64,000 bases of DNA from positions 1 to 64,000 of the IMG/VR virus record IMGVR_UViG_3300047335_000017. One strand, given 5' to 3'. The position numbers and the translations under genes are program-made. Positions 1-8,558 of the stretch are shown here, piece after piece (within the stretch, counting starts at the first letter, position 1; each line of letters starts with the position of its first letter). The stretch is from a virus. A model generated the notes under the pieces. The model ran no database searches and had not been told where the DNA came from. It worked only from the letters and a program-made list of their open reading frames with translations.

Positions 1-424
1 GCTTGAAACGGCGAGCCTAAAGCTGTATTAAGTGCAGTTTGAAGTGCACTGGTAGCCGCGCCAGAGGGAAGAGGAAGCGAAGCCGCGCTGACAGGCATGG
101 CAATGCCGCCCGTCACACCTTGGACAGCTTGGGCGCTAGATGCTGAAGTGCCCGCCACAGTGACGTTCTGATTGGCGCTGGTGGCCGCGCCAGAGGGAAG
201 GGGGAGCGAAGCCGCGCTAATAGGCTGCGTCGCCTGATACGCCCCCGTCACCGCGACCGTCCATGCGCCAGATTGCGTCGCGCCAAATGTGGAATTACCG
301 ATCGATCCGCCCGCTTGAAACGGCGAGCCTAAAGCTGTATTAAGTGCAGTTTGAAGTGCACTGGTAGCCGCGCCAGAGGGAAGAGGAAGCGAAGCCGCGC
401 TGACAGGCTGCGTCGCCTGCCAGA
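1..424. repeat. tandem duplication with 313-bp period inside the fibre gene
   Basis: Positions 1-96 are identical to 313-408. A third, diverged partial copy lies at about 181-236. Confidence 0.85.
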
Positions 425-839
425 ATGTTCCCGTGACGCCAATGCCAGAAGTGAGTTTCGCCAAAAGCCTCTTAGTTAGGGCAATGAGCGAAAAAGCTCC
501 TCCATCCGAAGTGGCAGATGCATCTTGCTGATTGCCAAGACTGTATATCTCGTATGGAACGAGATTTGCTACAGTCGGCGTCGCCGTCACCCCCGCTGGC
601 GTAGTCCACGCAACTGTGAGATTGCCGCTGCCATCATTATTTTCAATGCGGATATAATAAACTGGAGTCCCACTTGTGGGATCAATCCAAACTGTAGCCG
701 ACGTAGATGCGCTTACACCGCCCCCGCCCCCGCCCCCGCCTCCCCCTGTAGGTGAAAGTGACCCATCCGAGTTGACAGTGTACTGAATTTCAATCGTGTC
801 GCCGTAACGATCTGCCATCGGTACATTTCGCGTCGTCAT
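1..839 (-). CDS. tail fibre-like protein, N-terminal part only (gene runs off the left window edge)
   Basis: Own translation. ATG at 839-837 overlaps the stop of the upstream ORF (ATGA) and the frame stays open to position 1. Product starts MTTRNVPMADRYGDTIEIQYTV, has a Gly10 run and repeated QATQP(V/I)SAASLPLPSGAATSA modules. It lies at the distal end of the tail/fibre block. Confidence 0.6.
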   Translation of the reverse strand, partial: MTTRNVPMADRYGDTIEIQYTVNSDGSLSPTGGGGGGGGGGVSASTSATVWIDPTSGTPVYYIRIENNDGSGNLTVAWTTPAGVTATPTVANLVPYEIYSLGNQQDASATSDGGAFSLIALTKRLLAKLTSGIGVTGTFWQATQPVSAASLPLPSGAATSALQTALNTALGSPFQAGGSIGNSTFGATQSGAWTVAVTGAYQATQPISAASLPLPSGAATSANQNVTVAGTSASSAQAVQGVTGGIAMPVSAASLPLPSGAATSALQTALNTALGSPFQ

Positions 840-1987
840 GCGCTAGCTCCCACCACATCGCGAACGACGATACCTTCGTCCATCGTCACCCAGATAGCAT
901 TAGCACGGATTATGAAAGCGTCCACATAGTCGCCGATCCTCGCACCATTGACCGGCTGTCCCCTGCTATCGTTCACTGCGACATACTGGTTCATCCCATC
1001 CTGGCGGCGGAACATCGCGGCGCTTCGCTGGGCTTGCGGGAAGAAAAACTTGCTCTCCGTGAGATTGAGAGCCTTGCCGCCATCCATGGCCACGCAGATG
1101 CCCCGTGGCGTCTGAAACATGATCGACACAACTAGAGGCGTGTCGCTCTCCATGCCCACCTGGGGCGGGTTCGCCAGCTCACCGGGAACATAAGTCATCG
1201 ATCGAGGAAGCACGCCGCTATCCATGATGCGCGTGCGCTTAAGCGGGAAACTTGGCCCTTGAAGGAACCAAAGGCCCTCCGTGGTCCCCGCGAAAATACC
1301 ATCCCCGACCGTGCCGAGCATGGTAATATCGCCTTCGAACTGGAAGAAGTTCTTGGTCTGATCCACGAGGCCATAAAGGAACGGCTCCGTGCACCAGACC
1401 GTGCGGCCTTGGCCTAAATACATCCGGCCATTGAACGCTGCAAGGAACGACGCGCGCGGCGGCGGTCCCATGAGCCGTCCCCGGATCGCCGGAAGGGTAG
1501 CAGTCGGGTTAACGACCGGAGAGAGCCAGAAGTCATCCGCTGGTCCCCACGGGACAACGGTTTGTGTTGTCGTCTCAATAATTCCAGAAACGGAAGTTCC
1601 CGAGAAGTAAATGTTGGCTCCGACTTGGTAATAATCAAGTCCAAGCCCGCCATCCCAATAGGCATCACCCACGTCATCCAGTAAGGGTATTGTACTGTAA
1701 TCTGGGTGTATGATACTAAGAATGCCATTGACCACCCCATATACTGTCCCGTTCTCGGACGTGAAGAGACTGTGCGTAGGCTCCGTAGTGACTTGAGTAT
1801 ATCCTCGACGACGATGGATTTCTCCATCGTCATCAATATCGATATTGACTGCCCTCCAGAGATCATCCGAGGATAGACGCTCCAAGTCAAGGGTGTTTAC
1901 AAGGCCCTTGAAGCGCTTGATCTTGACGCTCGGATCGCCTGCTTGCGGCGCGGGATCGGCTTGCTGCTCAGGAGGACGAGAAGGCAT
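836..1987 (-). CDS. virion/tail-associated protein, function unknown
   Basis: 383-aa ORF in the minus-strand late operon. Its start overlaps the previous gene and its stop overlaps the next start (ATGA). Confidence 0.6.
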   Translation of the reverse strand: MPSRPPEQQADPAPQAGDPSVKIKRFKGLVNTLDLERLSSDDLWRAVNIDIDDDGEIHRRRGYTQVTTEPTHSLFTSENGTVYGVVNGILSIIHPDYSTIPLLDDVGDAYWDGGLGLDYYQVGANIYFSGTSVSGIIETTTQTVVPWGPADDFWLSPVVNPTATLPAIRGRLMGPPPRASFLAAFNGRMYLGQGRTVWCTEPFLYGLVDQTKNFFQFEGDITMLGTVGDGIFAGTTEGLWFLQGPSFPLKRTRIMDSGVLPRSMTYVPGELANPPQVGMESDTPLVVSIMFQTPRGICVAMDGGKALNLTESKFFFPQAQRSAAMFRRQDGMNQYVAVNDSRGQPVNGARIGDYVDAFIIRANAIWVTMDEGIVVRDVVGASA

Positions 1988-2399
1988 TTGGATGATCTTT
2001 CATGTAATGCTCATAATTCTCGCACCCATTGCAGATGCTCCTATGAGTATTGAAGTTGGCCTCCAGGGTGCGCACCCTTATGCGCTGTTCTTTGATGTCC
2101 TGCGTAAGATCATTGATCCTGGCTTCGTACCCATCCATGAGCGCCTTGAAGCGCTCCGTGAGGGTCTGCGCGGTCGAAGCGTCATAGGTCATCCGAGCCT
2201 GATCTCGCGCAACCTGGGTAGTCATTTTGACCGAAGCGCGCTGAACCTCCTGAAGGTTCGCGTCGGATCGCTCACGACTGCGCACCGCGAGGATCGTACC
2301 AAGAGCGCCGACGATGCACGTGAGGACGGGAATACCGATATCCTTCAGCAACGACAAGTCGGCCATTTTCACAACATCCTTGTCGTTCGCGAACCTCAC
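1968..2399 (-). CDS. membrane-anchored coiled-coil protein (spanin-like or tail accessory)
   Basis: 143 aa with a GTG start overlapping the upstream stop. It has an N-terminal hydrophobic helix (IGIPVLTCIVGALGTILAV) followed by a long charged helical region. Confidence 0.5.
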   Translation of the reverse strand: MRFANDKDVVKMADLSLLKDIGIPVLTCIVGALGTILAVRSRERSDANLQEVQRASVKMTTQVARDQARMTYDASTAQTLTERFKALMDGYEARINDLTQDIKEQRIRVRTLEANFNTHRSICNGCENYEHYMKDHPNAFSSS

Positions 2400-2692
2400 A
2401 CATTGTTCGCCGCGTTTGCCAGAATAATGAACTCACCCTGCGTCGCCGCCTGAATGTTCCCTTCGCTGTAAATCATCCACTGAACGAGCCCCGCCGCAGC
2501 GGCGGAGCTATCCCAGGTCACTGACCAAATGTTATCATCTTCCGCCATCGGAAGCGAGACTTGCTGCGTGACGCCCGAGAGGTTCGTGTAGTTGAGGACA
2601 CAAGTTGCGCTCGACGGACTATCATCTCCAACCATGGGCGTGAATACCGCGCTCGCCACGAGAGCGTTCTTACGAACGAATGGTCCACTCAT
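2396..2692 (-). CDS. hypothetical virion protein
   Basis: 98-aa ORF tightly packed between late genes, same strand. Confidence 0.5.
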   Translation of the reverse strand: MSGPFVRKNALVASAVFTPMVGDDSPSSATCVLNYTNLSGVTQQVSLPMAEDDNIWSVTWDSSAAAAGLVQWMIYSEGNIQAATQGEFIILANAANNV

Positions 2693-4918
2693 TTAGCCGC
2701 TCCAGGTCACTGCTGTCGACGCTTCCTCCACGACTGAAGATGCAATCGTTCCCTCGGGAAGAACACTGGCGCTCGTCGTAGCAGAGAGGCCCCAGACCTG
2801 GGAAGAGATCGTCGTCGAAGCCTCCAGCGCCCATGTGACGCTGACCGTGCCGGATTGATCGTAGATCGAGCCGACCTGACTTGGGAACGCGTAGACCATG
2901 GCCTGTCCGTTGGCCTGCCCCACCGATCGCGCGATGCTCGTCCAAGGCGCGTTGGCGCTCGCATGGCCTGAAGCATTAGCCACCGCCGGGAAGTTCGCTA
3001 CCGACGCTCCCAGGACAGTCGCTTGGCCTACCGCTTGGGCCAGAAGAAACTCCTGGGCCTGGAGATGAAGCGCCGCACTGGAGGTTCCCGCCGCGCTCCC
3101 CACGGCGTTGAAAACCGAACTTCCCACCCCCAAGACAGCGGCATAACCGCTCGAAGCGCCCAAACTCTTCGCCTGCGCGATGCTCCTACCGATCACCGTG
3201 CTTTGACCACTGGTCAGAGCCTCTTGAGCGGTATTGTACCTGGATACGCCCTGAACCATGGCCGTGCCATAGGCTCGGAACGTCATCCCCCCGAGCGTCT
3301 TCCCAACTCCATTTACAACAGATGTACCATGTGAGATGCCCTGTGTCGTTCGTGTCCAGGATGCAATACCTGAAACGCTGGAGCTTCCCGCCGCGCTTCC
3401 TACACCCCACTTGGCTGGGACGCCATACCCAGAAATGGTAGCCGTACCGGCGGCGCTGAAGTGCGCAAAGACAAGCCCCTGGCCTTTGCCGAGGACGGTC
3501 GCCCCGGCGAAACTCTGCCCCGTGCCAGCCTTCGAGCCTATGAACTGAGACGTGACTGTCGCGACGCCGGAAGCGCTCCCGACCGAGTCCACTACTCCAC
3601 TGGCAATACCGGAAACTGTCGACTGGCCAATAGACACGCCAGCCATGATAGTCGACGCTAAGCCAACGCCTAGGACGCTCACGATCCCTACGCTGTATCC
3701 TGGCCCGCCCCATGTGTCTTGAGGCGCGAAATACGCGTCTCCAGCGACGGGGATCGCTCCAAATACCAGTGATCCTCCAGCAGAAAACTCATATTCCGAT
3801 GGACCCAAATATTGAGCTTGTGCGCTGGAGTGCCCACTCGACGCGCCCACGGAAGCGCTATTCGTGGCGCTGACGCCCGCGACGATAGCCTGCCCCACCG
3901 AGGCTCCCGCCTCGGAACTGGAGTTGAGTGTGCGAGCTGAAACGAAAGATGTGCCCACCGCGTGGCCCACACCCATTCCAGGCTGGTTCGACGCACCCAA
4001 CACGCTCGAAGCGCCAAAAGATGCGCCCGCGCCAGCCCCAACCACGAGGCCCACACCGATCACGCTCGACGCGCCAAAGGATGCGCCATGCGGCGCGAAC
4101 GCGATGCTTGCGCCGGACGCGCTCGACGCGCCAGAGGATGCGCCCGCCGCTGCGTGGATCGTGAGCCCATAGCCCACGACGATGGCATAGGACGAAGACG
4201 CCCCGTAGGCTGTAAATGAGTTTGCGAACCCATAGCTCGTGGCGAGGCCCACGGCGCTGAACGTCATGGGCTTTAGAGCAGTGATATCGAAACTGGTTGT
4301 TGCTGCGCCAGATGCAACACCCACACTGTCGAGACCGCTCGATGGCCCCGACTGCTCGCTCGCCACACCGGCAGCGTGCCCCGCGCCTCCCGCGAGCGAT
4401 GCGCCGACAACTCCCATGGTGGCGACACCCGCAGCCGAGCCGACCGCAACCCTGGCAGCCACGCCCGCCCCAAGGACAGTTGCGACACCCGCAGCCGTCG
4501 CGCGCATGCTGGCGAGCGATCCAGAGAAGCCCTGGACATTCGCGAAGCCCACGGCCTGCGCCGGCTCGGAGATCGTAATCCCCCCGACACCCGCTCCCGA
4601 AACGCTGGACGTTCCCGATGACGCGCCAGCCGCGTCATGAACGCCTGTGCCGACGCCTGAGACACTAGACGTTCCCGTGGACGTTCCGACGCTCGTAACG
4701 ATGTCTATGAGGCCGAGATAGGTCTCGCTCGCAAGAGGCCCCGAGCCAGGAACGAACGAGCCGTATCCATCGATCGTGTTGGTTGGATCGGTCTCGTTGA
4801 CGTTGGCAAACGCGAGAGCGCTTCCGGTCGAGCTGATGACACCCAGCGCGTTGCTCGCGATCGGGTTCGTTGCAAGAGGATCAGCGCCGAGCGCACCAAA
4901 GCTCACGCCCCGCTCCAT
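2693..4918 (-). CDS. Gly/Ala/Ser-rich repetitive fibre protein
   Basis: 741 aa dominated by degenerate G-x-(A/S)-S-(V/G)-x-G repeats (for example GASSGTSSVSGAGVGG, GASFGASSVLGAS). It is adjacent to the fibre paralogs. Confidence 0.65.
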   Translation of the reverse strand: MERGVSFGALGADPLATNPIASNALGVISSTGSALAFANVNETDPTNTIDGYGSFVPGSGPLASETYLGLIDIVTSVGTSTGTSSVSGVGTGVHDAAGASSGTSSVSGAGVGGITISEPAQAVGFANVQGFSGSLASMRATAAGVATVLGAGVAARVAVGSAAGVATMGVVGASLAGGAGHAAGVASEQSGPSSGLDSVGVASGAATTSFDITALKPMTFSAVGLATSYGFANSFTAYGASSSYAIVVGYGLTIHAAAGASSGASSASGASIAFAPHGASFGASSVIGVGLVVGAGAGASFGASSVLGASNQPGMGVGHAVGTSFVSARTLNSSSEAGASVGQAIVAGVSATNSASVGASSGHSSAQAQYLGPSEYEFSAGGSLVFGAIPVAGDAYFAPQDTWGGPGYSVGIVSVLGVGLASTIMAGVSIGQSTVSGIASGVVDSVGSASGVATVTSQFIGSKAGTGQSFAGATVLGKGQGLVFAHFSAAGTATISGYGVPAKWGVGSAAGSSSVSGIASWTRTTQGISHGTSVVNGVGKTLGGMTFRAYGTAMVQGVSRYNTAQEALTSGQSTVIGRSIAQAKSLGASSGYAAVLGVGSSVFNAVGSAAGTSSAALHLQAQEFLLAQAVGQATVLGASVANFPAVANASGHASANAPWTSIARSVGQANGQAMVYAFPSQVGSIYDQSGTVSVTWALEASTTISSQVWGLSATTSASVLPEGTIASSVVEEASTAVTWSG

Positions 4919-5805
4919 TGCTGGAGCGTTGCCCCGAAAGCATTCTCACAAAGGTTGAGACCAAACAACAGATTGCTGTAACCCGACAATCCCAGGTATG
5001 CCGAACTCTTCGTATAATTGCCCAGGTTCGCAAAATATCCACCATCCTGACTGACGGCCAAATTCAAGCTCGATCCCGTGTCGTTGATCTGGAGCCATGT
5101 CGGATATGCGAAAGGTTGGTTGAAAAAAGTGTTCGACCATGTGGCGTCGTTGGCCACGAACGTTCCTGGAGGACTCCACTTCTGGAACTCCAGCCGTGGC
5201 GCAGCGCCAGCCTGAGCAACCAAGGCCAGCACATGCAGCTTGGAACTTCCATCGTACCATCCAACGCTTGCGCCCGCGTAACCACTCGACGTATACGTCG
5301 CCGCGAGTTTCACGGTGAGCGTGTAGGGCGTTGCTGGAGCGGCTTTATAAATGAACGACACGCCGCACCTGGACGTGCTCACCCCGCTCGCCGCCTGGAG
5401 TGAAATCCCGTTGGGCGTGTCGGCCACGCTCACGCTCGCCGCGCCGAAATGTAGGTTGGACAGGAGTCCCGTGCCCTGCTGCGTAAGTGGCAGCCCGAGA
5501 TCAGCCGCCCGAATTGTCAGCGTGCATATGGCTGCCGAGGAAAGCGAAAGGGCCGTTGCGTTCCCGGCGCTCGTCAGGATCGGCGTGCGCTCGACGTAAT
5601 AGTTTCCCGAACCTGTGGCATACTGACCGATGCCAATCTCCCAGGAATTTCCATCGTTGATGATGTAGCTGAACGTGTCGCCGTAGGCCGCGCCAGCCGC
5701 CGCGAGGGTCTGATAGCCCGTCAACGCGCCACCGATCTGAAACGCAGCCGTGCCCGCCGCGCTGGCGGCGGTGAGACACACTCTATCGAAAGCCCGGAAA
5801 CCCAT
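4903..5805 (-). CDS. tail fibre / receptor-binding protein, paralog A
   Basis: 300 aa. The N-terminal ~100 aa (FDRVCLTAASAAGTAAF...GDTFSYIINDGNSWEIGIGQY) is clearly homologous to the N-terminus of 5825..6850, while the C-termini differ. Confidence 0.6.
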   Translation of the reverse strand: MGFRAFDRVCLTAASAAGTAAFQIGGALTGYQTLAAAGAAYGDTFSYIINDGNSWEIGIGQYATGSGNYYVERTPILTSAGNATALSLSSAAICTLTIRAADLGLPLTQQGTGLLSNLHFGAASVSVADTPNGISLQAASGVSTSRCGVSFIYKAAPATPYTLTVKLAATYTSSGYAGASVGWYDGSSKLHVLALVAQAGAAPRLEFQKWSPPGTFVANDATWSNTFFNQPFAYPTWLQINDTGSSLNLAVSQDGGYFANLGNYTKSSAYLGLSGYSNLLFGLNLCENAFGATLQQWSGA

Positions 5806-5824
5806 GGATCAACTCCGGCCGCGC

Positions 5825-6850
5825 TCAGGTGATCGCCCACGACGCCACGGTGACGGTGGTGTCCACCGATACCGCGTTGCTGAATACACAGGCGTTCACG
5901 TAGCCTCCGTTCCCACTCATGAAGCCGGACGAAACGGGTGTGGACAGCAGTTCGTGGAAGTAGGAGCCATCATAGCTGAAAGAGAAGTGAACGTTGGTCC
6001 CATCGTTATACATGCGTAGCCATATCGGGTCCTGGTAGGCGGTGGCGTTCGACGAGGTCTCGTAGGCTATGCCGGAGGGCGTGGTGGAATTGGTGAAGTT
6101 GATCACCGCTATGGCGTTGGGAGCACCGTTGACGCTGTAGAGGCCGAACAATTGCGCCGCGCCCGTGCTCGGATTGATGAAGCCGATCCCGCAGAAATCG
6201 TAATTGGTCGGGATCAGCCGCGTGGCCATTATCAGCGCCGTGATCGTGTAGGGGGTCGACGGCAGCGTCGCCCCCGCCAGGGCGCGCACGTTGTTGGACG
6301 ACCCCGTATAAGCCACAATCAATTGCAGCCCCGTCGCGGCGTTCGCCGTCGTCGCCGATCCTTGATTTACCCAGGTCGAGAGCCCAGTCGAGGACGCCGT
6401 CGGCGTGGCCGACATGACCTGGGAGAAGAGACCTACAATTCCGGCGTTCTCCCATTTGCTCGCGCCGGAATTGTAGGTCAGCACTTGACCGTTGGTTGGA
6501 GAACTGAGCAACACGTCGGTCAACGTGGAGAGCGCGCCGCCCCCACTACTCATGTCTTCGGCGCGGATCGCACACATAACGATGGCGTTCGCCGTGAAGT
6601 TGATCGGACTGCCTGTCGAACTCGCGGTGAGCGTGGTGCGTGTGACGGTTGGGCCAGTCGAAGAGTACGTCCCGACACCGATCTCCCAATTGTTGCCGTC
6701 GAGGATCAAATATGGGAACGTATCGCCGTTGGAAGCTCCAGCGGCGGTAAATGATTGGAAGGCGTTCGTGGCCGCTCCTAGAGTGGCCGCTCCCGTTCCG
6801 GGAGCGCTCGCCACCGCGACACGCACCCGATCATAAAACTTGAGCGCCAT
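5825..6850 (-). CDS. tail fibre / receptor-binding protein, paralog B
   Basis: 341 aa. N-terminus YDRVRVAVASAPGTGAA...GDTFPYLILDGNNWEIGVGTY is paralogous to 4903..5805. Confidence 0.6.
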   Translation of the reverse strand: MALKFYDRVRVAVASAPGTGAATLGAATNAFQSFTAAGASNGDTFPYLILDGNNWEIGVGTYSSTGPTVTRTTLTASSTGSPINFTANAIVMCAIRAEDMSSGGGALSTLTDVLLSSPTNGQVLTYNSGASKWENAGIVGLFSQVMSATPTASSTGLSTWVNQGSATTANAATGLQLIVAYTGSSNNVRALAGATLPSTPYTITALIMATRLIPTNYDFCGIGFINPSTGAAQLFGLYSVNGAPNAIAVINFTNSTTPSGIAYETSSNATAYQDPIWLRMYNDGTNVHFSFSYDGSYFHELLSTPVSSGFMSGNGGYVNACVFSNAVSVDTTVTVASWAIT

Positions 6851-6862
6851 CCAACCAATCCT

Positions 6863-7198
6863 TTACTTGCCGGAAAGCGCCTGAGACGTGAGCGTGACCG
6901 GCGAAGAAATCGCCGTGGCGATCGTTGCCGCCGCGCCGGTCGTGCCGCCAAAGCCACCCAAAAACGTGGGAACCATCGTGAGCATGCTCTCAACAAAAGG
7001 TAACGCCGCATCGATCGTGCCGAAGCCGGGCACACCCGCAACCGCGCCGGCCTTCAAGATTACATCCGCGACATCCTCGGCGGCGACGACGGGGTTCGTG
7101 GAAACGCTCTTCACGGCATCGCCGATCTGAGCCCAATTGAAGTTTTCCATCATGTCCAAAAAGACGGACAGGTCACTCGTTGCGACTGAGGTTCCCAT
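6863..7198 (-). CDS. small protein next to the endolysin (possible holin-like or lysis accessory)
   Basis: 111 aa with weakly hydrophobic Gly/Ala-rich segments, immediately downstream of the endolysin. No clear transmembrane helices. Confidence 0.35.
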   Translation of the reverse strand: MGTSVATSDLSVFLDMMENFNWAQIGDAVKSVSTNPVVAAEDVADVILKAGAVAGVPGFGTIDAALPFVESMLTMVPTFLGGFGGTTGAAATIATAISSPVTLTSQALSGK

Positions 7199-7208
7199 AA
7201 CACACTCC

Positions 7209-8108
7209 TTATGCGCTCTTCAGCGCCAGCTTCACATCCGGGAGGGAAGGCAACTGCCGATCGGCCTCCAGGTCGACGGTGGCTTTTGCTGTACCGGCCA
7301 CGACGGCATCGTGCGCCTTGGAAGCCAAGAGCGCAACCACGCCAGCGACGACACCCACGAGAGTGAGCCCACCGAAGACGTATTTCACCCACGCGAACGT
7401 GTCCTGGAAGCCCTGGACTTGCTGCGCGGCCTGGGACGCGATAGTCGCGGCGCTCGCTGCCGCCGTGGCCACGTTCGCGGTGATCTGGGAGACCGCTGGA
7501 GGCTTGATGTCGACAGCCTTCGCCTTGGCCTGTCCGCCGAGCCCCGATAGGTCTGGAGCCGCCGGGATCGTAACCGCGCTACCTTCCCACGCGATTGCCG
7601 TCTTCTGGACGTTGGCGATGCGCGCCGACCACCCCCTGCCGTAGGTGGCCCATGTGCTGAGCCCCTGATCGAACGCCAGCCGGCGGGCACATACCTCCTG
7701 GATTAACTCGTCCACGGAGTTCGCGCCCCGGATCGCGTTGATGGCCATCATCGTCTTGGAACCCAGGACGCCATCCACGGTCACGCCGCTGAGAGCCGCC
7801 TGGACCCATTTGATGCTCTGCGCCGGCCCGGAGTTGACCGCGCCATCGAACACGACGAGATCGAGCCCCACGGGAAGAAGACCGCCATTGATCTGATCCC
7901 AGAACTCTTTCTCGTAGATTGTATCGCGCTCCGTATCACTCATCAGGTAAACATCCTGCGGAGTGAGACCCTGAGTGCGACGCCACGCGGTATAAGTGCT
8001 TTGCGTGACGCCCTGGTTCGTCCGTCCTCCCGGATCACGAGGATCGTCGACCTTCCCTCCCTCGTAGACCAGCACACGAGAAAGACAATTCAGAAAATCT
8101 TTCTGCAT
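7209..8108 (-). CDS. endolysin, GH108-like muramidase with a peptidoglycan-binding region and a C-terminal membrane helix
   Basis: N-terminal YEGGKVDDPRDPGGRTNQGVTQ matches the GH108-type signature as I remember it. The middle region resembles PG_binding_3. A C-terminal hydrophobic helix reads YVFGGLTLVGVVAGVVALLA. Confidence 0.75.
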   Translation of the reverse strand: MQKDFLNCLSRVLVYEGGKVDDPRDPGGRTNQGVTQSTYTAWRRTQGLTPQDVYLMSDTERDTIYEKEFWDQINGGLLPVGLDLVVFDGAVNSGPAQSIKWVQAALSGVTVDGVLGSKTMMAINAIRGANSVDELIQEVCARRLAFDQGLSTWATYGRGWSARIANVQKTAIAWEGSAVTIPAAPDLSGLGGQAKAKAVDIKPPAVSQITANVATAAASAATIASQAAQQVQGFQDTFAWVKYVFGGLTLVGVVAGVVALLASKAHDAVVAGTAKATVDLEADRQLPSLPDVKLALKSA

Positions 8109-8118
8109 CAGTGATCCC

Positions 8119-8547
8119 TTAACTTTCGGTGACGGTCGAAGCGGTTGTCAATTGGGGGGTGACGCCGTTCGCAACACTGATGTTGGGCGTAACCGTGCCC
8201 GAATAGAGGATTTCGCCCGAGCCGGTCGAAGCCGTGCCGATCGCGAAATTCGTGATCGTGTTCGTGCCGCCGGTCGCCGCCGGGAAGCTGATCGTGCCCG
8301 CTGGGGAGACGCTGTTCGTCGTGACGGTCCATCCCGAGCTCGTCCGCGCGACCGCCACGCGAGCGTAGCCAGTATAGGTCGCTTCGCTCGAAGACTGGTT
8401 GCCCGACGAAGTCGGGTCCGCCGTATGCAGCGAAACATACAAGCTGGTCAGCGGCGACGACGAAGCGTTGTTCGCGATATTCGCAATCGTCGTCGCGTTG
8501 AAGATCAGTGCTAAAAGCTGATTAGAAAACGTCGCGCCTTTACCCAT
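8119..8547 (-). CDS. small Ser/Thr-rich virion protein (distant paralog of 62794..63309)
   Basis: I chose the internal ATG at 8547 (MGKGATFSNQLLALIFN), which lies just after the stop of the giant ORF. The upstream part of the track ORF is Arg-rich overlap. Confidence 0.55.
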   Translation of the reverse strand: MGKGATFSNQLLALIFNATTIANIANNASSSPLTSLYVSLHTADPTSSGNQSSSEATYTGYARVAVARTSSGWTVTTNSVSPAGTISFPAATGGTNTITNFAIGTASTGSGEILYSGTVTPNISVANGVTPQLTTASTVTES

Positions 8548-8558
8548 CTTACATTCCT

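Noticed and set aside
1-424. Diversity-generating retroelement (template/variable repeat pair) in the fibre gene
   Set aside because: The two long copies are identical rather than differing at adenines. Differences in the third copy run in both directions. No reverse transcriptase gene is present in the window.
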